64,000 nucleotides of DNA from Synergistota bacterium (GTDB lineage Bacteria; Synergistota; Synergistia; Synergistales; 79-D21). The notes under the pieces are model-generated. The model was not told the origin of the DNA and did no database searches. It worked only from the letters and a program-made list of their open reading frames with translations. Within the stretch, counting starts at the first letter, position 1; each line of letters starts with the position of its first letter. Below, one piece after another: positions 38,649-44,869 of this stretch. The DNA lies in NCBI GenBank assembly GCA_022839995.1, contig JALHIN010000002.1:44983-108982 (forward strand), given 5' to 3'. Made by a program: the position numbers and the translations under genes.

Positions 38649-39158
38649 GTGAATCCCTTCGAGACAAGGCGAAAGCTTGCGGATCTGATCCAGGTGGTTG
38701 CGGAGCTTCATCCTCTAGGCGTGAACCTCCTGGAGAATCCCGTGGGGCTCGATGCGGCGGCATTGGCCGAGTGGGTGAAGGCCTTGGGTAGCGGTGGGGA
38801 AGCGGGCGGCTCCCGAAGGTCTCCGAATGAAAAGGCGAAGAGTCTGGAGAATCTCCTGGCTTCCTGTGTGGACCTCCTGGAGGAAATCGGAGGGTGGAGC
38901 AGGGTTGTAAGCGCGGTGAAGGTTCTGAAGCAGGGATACCCCGTCGATTGGAGGGTCTTCCGGGATTATTGGGACCTGACGGCATCGGTGGGGAAGTTCT
39001 CACGCCTTGGGAGCGAAACAATTATTGACCGAGTGGCCCGCAGGAACGGTGTGTCAGTCCCTACGGTGTACCGGAAGCGCGACCAGGTTCCTGAAAGGAT
39101 AGCGATAATCACGATGCGCTTGAATCCGGACGAAGGCCCGGGAAAAGTTTCGATCTAG
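38649..39158 (+). CDS. Orphan protein with C-terminal HTH (excisionase/resolvase-HTH-like)
   Basis: 169 aa. The C-terminal IIDRVARRNGVSVPTVYRKRDQV has the typical 'GVSxxTVYR' HTH pattern. GTG start with a weak RBS, so the start is uncertain. Confidence 0.5.
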   Translation: MNPFETRRKLADLIQVVAELHPLGVNLLENPVGLDAAALAEWVKALGSGGEAGGSRRSPNEKAKSLENLLASCVDLLEEIGGWSRVVSAVKVLKQGYPVDWRVFRDYWDLTASVGKFSRLGSETIIDRVARRNGVSVPTVYRKRDQVPERIAIITMRLNPDEGPGKVSI

Positions 39159-39170
39159 GAGGTGGCATGA

Positions 39171-39614
39171 ATGTTTGGAATGAGGCAGAACCAGGGTATT
39201 ACGTTGCAAAAGGGGAAGCTTGAAACGAATCGGCCGGCGGTGTGTCGTGTGGAAGTGACCCCTCCCCGGCGGAATCTTCCTGTTCTGTGGCGGATCTGTA
39301 ATCGGTGTGACCAGACCGGAATCGACAAGATGAAAGGGTTCCCTCAACGGTGCCCGGAATGCGGCGGAAAGGGAATCATCCTGACTGAAGACGGGAAGGC
39401 TATCCTGGAGCTTCTGGAAGTCGTGGAATCCCATTCTCCCGTGACGGACGGGCAGGTTCAGAAAGCGTTCGAGAAGGACCAGGCAGAACGACAGGAAAGG
39501 GAAAGGCAGAGAGAAGAGCAGCGGAAGGCGGAAGAGGAGCGAGAGAAGAAGGTGCGGAAAGCCTTGGAGAAATTGGTAAAGGCAGGCTTCAGCCCTGACG
39601 AACTCCTGCGGTGA
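39171..39614 (+). CDS. Orphan zinc-finger protein (CxxC...CxxCxGxG) with charged C-terminal tail
   Basis: CNRCDQTG...CPECGGKG (DnaJ-type finger pattern), then a QERERQREEQRKAEEEREKK tail. AGGAGGTG lies 6 nt upstream. Confidence 0.55.
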   Translation: MFGMRQNQGITLQKGKLETNRPAVCRVEVTPPRRNLPVLWRICNRCDQTGIDKMKGFPQRCPECGGKGIILTEDGKAILELLEVVESHSPVTDGQVQKAFEKDQAERQERERQREEQRKAEEEREKKVRKALEKLVKAGFSPDELLR

Positions 39615-39648
39615 GGGGAATTTTTACAATTTATTGAGCGTAAAAAAA

Positions 39649-39678
39649 GGGGGACACGAAAAAGCTGTCCCTTTTTTT
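39649..39678 (+). terminator. Rho-independent terminator ending the element's rightward operon
   Basis: Stem GGGACA/TGTCCC (extendable by G-U pairs), a 9-nt loop, then T7. An A7 run upstream makes it look bidirectional. Confidence 0.6.
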
Positions 39679-39857
39679 ATGCTTATATTATCTGTATGTA
39701 GTTATATTGTGTAGATAGATACTTTTGGAACATAAGGTTTTCCCCGATAGACAGTTTGAAGGATTGGGAAGATATTAACTACAAGAAGGAGAGCAAATCG
39801 CGTTAGGGCTTTAGTATTCATAACTAACACTATACATACTCAGAGGAGGGAATAGCA

Positions 39858-40393
39858 ATGAATGGCGTATCACATCTTGACGTTTTCCAACGGCTTTTGC
39901 TTTTAAACCAATTTATGATATTAAGGTTTTAGACGATGAAAACAAAGGTGATTACAAGCTAATGGAAGAGATTTTAAGAATGGGTTATGTTAAAGAGTAT
40001 GACGAAGTATTTTCTATTTATGAAGAGTTGCCGTTAGCTAGATGTAATAGAGTATGGGATATTTTATCGATGGCCGATGCCATTTATTTAGCCTGCGAGA
40101 CTGCGAGTAAAGAAGAAATCGAAGCTCTTGAGGAAGACCCTTGGTTCTTCAAGGGTTTTGATGGTAATAACGAGACGGCAGAACTACTTTATTGCAAGTT
40201 TATTATTGAAAAAATGGAACGGTTCACTCATCTTAAGAATAAAATGCCAAAGAATACTGACTTTAACACCCATTTTCCAACGAATTTTCGTTATGATCCT
40301 ATGCTTTCTATGTGGAAAAGCTTGCCGACAAGCGATCGCTGTAAATTATCCATGGAAAATGTAAAGAAAATATTGAATAGTTTAAATAAATAA
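39858..40393 (+). pseudogene. yfbU: YfbU (UPF0304) family gene interrupted by a 1-nt frameshift
   Basis: ATG at 39858 (AGAGGAGGG 7 nt upstream) reads MNGVSHLDVFQRLLLLNQFMIL, then hits TAG at 39930. Shifting frame at ~39923 continues KVLDDENKGDYKLMEEILRMGY... into track ORF 39962-40393. The joined sequence aligns colinearly with E. coli YfbU ([43 protein letters not shown]...YTHF) from memory. Confidence 0.7.
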
Positions 40394-40442
40394 TTGTTTA
40401 TTTATTGGACTTAATATTCATATTCGCAACTTTTGAGGACAC

Positions 40443-40475
40443 AAAAGGGCAAGCCCTCGCGGGCCTGCCCTTTTT
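40443..40475. terminator. Bidirectional rho-independent terminator between yfbU and the 121-aa gene
   Basis: Stem GGGCAAGCCC/GGGCCTGCCC (one mismatch), loop TCGC, flanked by A4 upstream and T5 downstream. Confidence 0.65.
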
Positions 40476-40487
40476 CTGACCTCACCG

Positions 40488-40853
40488 TTAGATTCTTTTC
40501 TCCAGGAGCTTAAGGATGCGTCCCACCTCCTTATCCTGCCCCGAGATCTTCTGCACCGTGACCAGGACGCTGTGGGCGAGCTTCAGAAGATCCGCGGCTA
40601 TGTCGATCTTCGGGTCCTTCAGCATGGCCTCCATGACACCCCAGGCCTTGCTGTTCAAACGCTGTTCCACATCCTCCAGGAGTTCCTTGATCTTCGGATC
40701 ATCGAGGGGGTCCCCGATTTCCCGCAAAAGTTCCTCGTGGTTTTTCTGTGCTTCCTCCAGGAGAGCATCGAGGTTCGGGGCGGTGCTTTCCAGGTCCTCC
40801 AGAAGGTGTTCGAAACGGTCCTTTTGCTTTTGTGTGGCTCTTCTCATTGTCAT
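40488..40853 (-). CDS. Orphan acidic all-helical 121-aa protein downstream of the integrase
   Basis: AAGGAGGG RBS; the second ATG (40847) has the better spacing. K/E/D/L-rich. I recognise no family. Confidence 0.55.
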   Translation of the reverse strand: MTMRRATQKQKDRFEHLLEDLESTAPNLDALLEEAQKNHEELLREIGDPLDDPKIKELLEDVEQRLNSKAWGVMEAMLKDPKIDIAADLLKLAHSVLVTVQKISGQDKEVGRILKLLEKRI

Positions 40854-40951
40854 TCCCTCCTTCGACTTCTCAGGACGCCCTAGGAACCCCTTGTCATGGT
40901 TGCCGGCGGGTAGTTCCTTCCTCTTCGCGATTGATGACCGCTTCTGAAGGC

Positions 40952-41911
40952 TCAGCGACGGGCATCCCCCCTTTGCAGGGACCTGAGACGGGGCTTCCCC
41001 TCGGTTTTCAGCAAGCTGTTAAGCGGGCTGGCCTTGGAGTGTGCTTCCCTGAGGTCGTCATCGGACAGGGCAAGATAGCGTTTCGTCATGTCCAGGTTGG
41101 AATGGCCCATTTCCCTTTGAAGGGCGAAGAGGTTTCCGTTGTTCCTCAGGAACATGATGGCGTGACAATGGCGGAGGTCGTAAGGGCTGATCTTCACTCC
41201 AAGGCGTTTTCCGTACACCTTCTTTAACCGGTAGCCCCAGGAGTTGATCCGGTAGGATTCGCCTTCGTCGCTGCAGAAGATCGGAGATCCCTGCCAAGCC
41301 TCTGGACGGACGGCAAGCAGGCGAGAGATGGCCTGGCTGCAAATCCTGGAAATGACGAGGGTTCGGGCCCTTCGAGTCTTCGAGACTTCCGGGCGGATAT
41401 GAACCTCAAAGCCCGCAGGATTGAAGTCGCAGGGGTAGAGTTGGAGGGCTTCCCCCGGGCGGATCCCCGTATCGAGTTGGAGAAGGAGCAGGGCCTTGTC
41501 CCGTAGACCGGCGAAGGTCCCCGTATCCGGGAGATCGAGAAGCCGCTGGAGCACGTCGGGGGCGATCCGCACGATGCGGGGCTCGGCGTGCCTGGCCTTT
41601 ATCCCCTCGATCGGGTTCTGGTGGAGCAATCCTTCTTCCCTGGCCCAGTCGAAGAAGACCTTGAGATACTTCCTTCTTATATTGAATGTGGCCGGTGCCA
41701 CATTTTCCCCCAGGTACCGGTAGACACAGGCGTTCAGCGTGGACGTTCCCCAGGCCTCGGGGTAGCGTGTGAAGAAGCGGACGACATGGACCCGATAGTC
41801 CTTCAGCGTCCTGTCTGAAAGGCCGGTGGCCGTCCTCCACAGAAGAAAGGCCTCCAGGGCATCCTCCCAGGTCTCATAGCACGGCTTTCGAAGCGGAACA
41901 ACGTTTTGCAT
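40952..41911 (-). CDS. int: Tyrosine-type site-specific recombinase/integrase
   Basis: 319 aa. N-terminal SAM-like core-binding domain and a catalytic domain with R (DTGIRPGE), HxxR (YDLRHCHA), H (MGHSNL) and Y (TKRYL). Confidence 0.9.
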   Translation of the reverse strand: MQNVVPLRKPCYETWEDALEAFLLWRTATGLSDRTLKDYRVHVVRFFTRYPEAWGTSTLNACVYRYLGENVAPATFNIRRKYLKVFFDWAREEGLLHQNPIEGIKARHAEPRIVRIAPDVLQRLLDLPDTGTFAGLRDKALLLLQLDTGIRPGEALQLYPCDFNPAGFEVHIRPEVSKTRRARTLVISRICSQAISRLLAVRPEAWQGSPIFCSDEGESYRINSWGYRLKKVYGKRLGVKISPYDLRHCHAIMFLRNNGNLFALQREMGHSNLDMTKRYLALSDDDLREAHSKASPLNSLLKTEGKPRLRSLQRGDARR

Positions 41912-41969
41912 GATCCTCCCCTCGCTTTCTTAAGTTCCGCAAGGGAGAGGCTTAGTCCGGAAGGCTTGT

Positions 41970-41986
41970 TCAGGAGTGACGGCCTA
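41970..41986 (+). repeat. 17-bp element-internal repeat TCAGGAGTGACGGCCTA (copy 2, near attR)
   Basis: Identical to 35281-35297. Confidence 0.8.
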
Positions 41987-42055
41987 CCCGTTTGACCTAT
42001 TGGAAATGGCCAGTGGAGGAGTGGGACGGTTCACAGACTTTGGAGGGAGAAAACG

Positions 42056-42084
42056 TTGCCCGGACGGAACGCCCGTGGTAAGAT
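42056..42084 (+). promoter_or_regulatory. Putative promoter of the intact tRNA-Arg, with the -35 on element-side DNA
   Basis: TTGCCC (42056-61), a 17-nt spacer, then TGgTAAGAT (42076-84). The -10 lies within the repeat and the -35 lies outside it. Confidence 0.35.
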
Positions 42085-42146
42085 ATCCGTCGTTCCGGTG
42101 GGCCCGTAGCTCAGGTGGATAGAGCGACGGCCTCCTAAGCCGTAGG
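42070..42146 (+). repeat. attR: 77-bp direct repeat (copy 2)
   Basis: Identical to 35146-35222. Confidence 0.95.
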
Positions 42147-42176
42147 TCGCCAGTTCGAGTCTGGCCGGGCCCGCCA
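42100..42176 (+). tRNA. tRNA-Arg (anticodon CCU), CCA encoded
   Basis: Hand-folded cloverleaf: acceptor GGGCCCG/CGGGCCC, D arm GCTC/GAGC, anticodon arm ACGGC-CTCCTAA-GCCGT, T arm GCCAG-TTCGAGT-CTGGC, discriminator G, CCA. Confidence 0.9.
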
Positions 42177-42178
42177 TC

Positions 42179-42198
42179 GCCCTGAAAAGGGCTTTTTT
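42179..42198 (+). terminator. Small terminator-like hairpin after tRNA-Arg
   Basis: GCCCT-GAAA-AGGGC followed by T6. Confidence 0.4.
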
Positions 42199-42233
42199 CT
42201 TTGCCTGCAGGTTCAAGGCGAAAGGGAGTCGGC

Positions 42234-42752
42234 GTGCTGAAACGATCGGGTTTCTTTCTTTTTTTCCTCTTTTTTCTGGCACTTTGTTCCTCCCTCTACA
42301 ACTGGCCGGCAACAGTGATGGAAATTAGGCTAGAAAACGGCCCAATCCTTTTTTCCGACGCTGTCCCGGAAGGCTGGTCGATCAAAAGCCAAATCGTCCA
42401 CTCTTTGGAGCGCACGCCGGTCGAAGACGAATACCGGGTTGTCGGAGGGCGGATTTGGCAGTGGGAGGAACGGTTTCGCTCCAACAACGCTGGGCTTCCG
42501 ACAGTCGAACCATCATGCGGGCGTTTCCTTTCATCAAAGGAATGGTTTGTCATTCGAGGGGGAAGAAATCGCTGGGAATCCCTCGACTATCGGATCGGCA
42601 CTTCCTCGCTCGGAAAGAACGTCCTTGTGTTGGAGGGGTACGGTGCGGCCGTCGTCCACGAAAGGTTTGCCGGGCAAAGGATACGGTTGCAATCAAGAAC
42701 CCGTCCACTTGGAAAAATCTTTCCGGTTTTAAACCTGTTCGATTTCCGTTAG
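42234..42752 (+). CDS. DUF1850 domain protein (TRAP-transporter associated)
   Basis: N-terminal TM segment plus VHSLERTPVEDEYRVVGGRIWQWEERFRSNNAGLP, and its position 5' of a fused TRAP permease. GTG at 42234 has AAGGGAG upstream. Confidence 0.7.
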   Translation: MLKRSGFFLFFLFFLALCSSLYNWPATVMEIRLENGPILFSDAVPEGWSIKSQIVHSLERTPVEDEYRVVGGRIWQWEERFRSNNAGLPTVEPSCGRFLSSKEWFVIRGGRNRWESLDYRIGTSSLGKNVLVLEGYGAAVVHERFAGQRIRLQSRTRPLGKIFPVLNLFDFR

Positions 42753-42798
42753 ACTGTTCCTGAACCAACGAACTCTTTTCTGGAAGTGGGGGATCCTC

Positions 42799-44787
42799 TT
42801 GATTGGAGAAGGAAAGGAAAACATTGTCGCCGGGGGAACCGAAAAAATCGACCTCGACGAGATCATGCGGAAATACGATGTGGAGGCCCGCTTCAGGACA
42901 CTATCAGGCAAGCAGGCCCTCTTGGTGACGGCCATCGCGATGGCCATGTCGCTTTTCCATCTCTATACCTCCGGGATGGGACTTCTGCTGGCAATCAAAC
43001 AGGGAGCCGTTCACCTGTCGTTTGCCCTTTCTCTCATTTTTTTGCTTTATCCGGCGACCAACAAGGGCAGAAAAGACATCATCCCCTGGTACGACATGGC
43101 GCTGGCAGCCGTTTCGGCCTTCTCTTCTCTTTACCTCGTCCTGTTCTTCGATCAGCTCGTCATGCGGGCAGGTCTGCCAACGACCCTGGACCTGGCCATG
43201 GGCTTCGTCCTGATCGCCCTGCTCCTGGAGGCCACACGCAGGGTTTCGAACCCCATCCTGCCCGGAATCGCCATCTTCAGCCTCCTCTACTGCTATTTCG
43301 GCCGTTACATGCCGGACATGTTTGCCCACAGGGGATTCGACATCCCAAGGATCATCAACCACATGTACTTGGGGACAGAGGGTATTTTCGGGGTTCCGCT
43401 GGGAGTTTCGTCCACTTTCGTCTTCATGTTCATCCTGTTCGGGACCTTCCTTGAACAGACGGGGATGGGAAAATTCATCATCGACCTCGCCATGGCCATC
43501 GCAGGTTGGTCCACAGGCGGACCGGCCAAGGTCGCTGTAGTCAGTTCGGGCCTGATGGGGACAATTTCCGGTTCCTCGGTGGCAAACGTCTGCACAACGG
43601 GAATGTTCACGATCCCCCTCATGAAGAGCGTCGGGTACAAGCCTTACTTTGCGGGAGCTGTCGAAGCGGTTGCTTCCACGGGCGGGCAGATCATGCCGCC
43701 GGTCATGGGAGCTGCAGCCTTCATCATGGCGGAATTTCTGGGCGTGCCGTACATCAAGGTCGCACTGGCAGCGATCATTCCGGCCCTCCTTTACTACCTG
43801 GCCGTCATCGTCCAGGTTCACCTGGAAGCCTCCCGCCTCGGACTCAAAGGGTTGCCCAGGGAACAGCTGCCGCGCATCTGGGGACTTCTGAAAACGAGAG
43901 GCCAACTTTTGATCCCTCTAATCGGGATCGTCTATTTCCTGCTGTCCGGGTACACCCCCATCAAGGCCGCTTTTTACGGGATCCTCCTCAACATCGTGTG
44001 TTCCTACCTGAACAAGGAAACCGCCCTGACGCTGCCCAAGTACAAGAGCGCCCTTGAGAACGGGGCCAGGACCGCCCTAGGGGTGGCGGCGGCCTGCGCT
44101 ACCGTCGGCATGGTCGTAGGCATGGCGACCCTGACGGGCCTAGGACTCAGGATCGCGGGAGCCATCGTGGAAATCGCCCACGGGAGCCTCATCATCACGC
44201 TGATCATGACGATGATCACCAGTATCCTCCTCGGTGCAGGACTCCCGACAACGGCGAACTTTATCGTCACGAGCACCATGGCCGCACCAGCCCTCTTCGC
44301 CCTTGGCGTTCCTCCGATCGCGGCCTACATGTTCGTCCTGTACTTTGGAATTGCTGCCGACCTGAGCCCGCCCGTTGCTTTGGCCGCCTATGCGGGTGCC
44401 GGGATCGCAGGAGACGACCCGATGAAGACGGGATTCACGGCCATGAAGCTTGCGCTGGCGGGCTTCCTGGTTCCCTACATTTACGTTTACAACCCCATGC
44501 TGGTTCTCGTGAATATCGAACCGGTCAGCCTGACGATCAGCGTCGTAACGGCCATTATCGGGGTCTTCCTCCTTGGGATTGGAACAATCGGCTTCTACAA
44601 GGCACCCGTAAACGGATTGTTCCGCATCCTCGCGATTATTGGAGCCCTGGGCCTGATGACGCCAGGCATCAAATCGGACATCGCGGGACTTTCAATCCTG
44701 GTTGGCCTGCACTTCTTCCAGGTGATGAAGGCCAGAAAGATTCGCGGCTCGTCGGACACGATCAACCAAGCAAACTCCGACGCCTAG
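42799..44787 (+). CDS. TRAP transporter fused permease (4TM/12TM, TAXI-type)
   Basis: 662 aa, highly hydrophobic. Typical N-terminus ...RFRTLSGKQALLVTAIAMAMSLFHLYTSG and a DctM-like body. Confidence 0.9.
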   Translation: MIGEGKENIVAGGTEKIDLDEIMRKYDVEARFRTLSGKQALLVTAIAMAMSLFHLYTSGMGLLLAIKQGAVHLSFALSLIFLLYPATNKGRKDIIPWYDMALAAVSAFSSLYLVLFFDQLVMRAGLPTTLDLAMGFVLIALLLEATRRVSNPILPGIAIFSLLYCYFGRYMPDMFAHRGFDIPRIINHMYLGTEGIFGVPLGVSSTFVFMFILFGTFLEQTGMGKFIIDLAMAIAGWSTGGPAKVAVVSSGLMGTISGSSVANVCTTGMFTIPLMKSVGYKPYFAGAVEAVASTGGQIMPPVMGAAAFIMAEFLGVPYIKVALAAIIPALLYYLAVIVQVHLEASRLGLKGLPREQLPRIWGLLKTRGQLLIPLIGIVYFLLSGYTPIKAAFYGILLNIVCSYLNKETALTLPKYKSALENGARTALGVAAACATVGMVVGMATLTGLGLRIAGAIVEIAHGSLIITLIMTMITSILLGAGLPTTANFIVTSTMAAPALFALGVPPIAAYMFVLYFGIAADLSPPVALAAYAGAGIAGDDPMKTGFTAMKLALAGFLVPYIYVYNPMLVLVNIEPVSLTISVVTAIIGVFLLGIGTIGFYKAPVNGLFRILAIIGALGLMTPGIKSDIAGLSILVGLHFFQVMKARKIRGSSDTINQANSDA

Positions 44788-44816
44788 GCCCAGGAACTGA
44801 AAATCGAAGGTGCCTT

Positions 44817-44844
44817 GCCGCCCCGAGCGGAAGCTCGGGGCGGC
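44817..44844 (+). terminator. Hairpin after the TRAP permease (weak U-tract)
   Basis: 12-bp perfect stem GCCGCCCCGAGC/GCTCGGGGCGGC, loop GGAA, followed by ATAACCCCTTTC. Confidence 0.4.
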
Positions 44845-44869
44845 ATAACCCCTTTCAGGAGGTTTATCT

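Larger units (their letters stand above)
35146..42146. mobile_element. ~6.9-kb integrative element inserted in tRNA-Arg(CCU) (attL-cargo-int-attR)
   Basis: Perfect 77-bp direct repeats, an intact tyrosine recombinase next to attR, XRE regulator and orphan ORFs, an internal low-GC islet, and core genes on both flanks. Confidence 0.85.

Noticed and set aside
38467-39021. 184-aa minus-strand ORF inside the element
   Set aside because: It is extremely P/S/R/G-rich and antisense to the better-behaved 169-aa + strand ORF. It also runs through the palindromic module.
39167-39230. Alternative ATG at 39167 starting a short ORF upstream of the zinc-finger gene
   Set aside because: It terminates after about 19 codons. 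ATG 39171 has better spacing to the RBS and opens the 147-aa frame.
40516-40947. 143-aa plus-strand ORF
   Set aside because: It is antisense to the 121-aa minus-strand ORF. That ORF has a strong AAGGAGGG RBS and sensible helical composition, whereas the + frame is S/R/F-rich.
42031-42312. 93-aa minus-strand ORF
   Set aside because: It spans attR and the intact tRNA-Arg gene, so it is not coding.
44788-44869. T-box or other leader upstream of ileS (likewise cysS, serS, valS)
   Set aside because: The upstream gaps are only 0-100 nt, too short for a T-box (~200+ nt). I saw no specifier or T-box consensus. The ileS gap holds only a hairpin that looks like the TRAP gene terminator.
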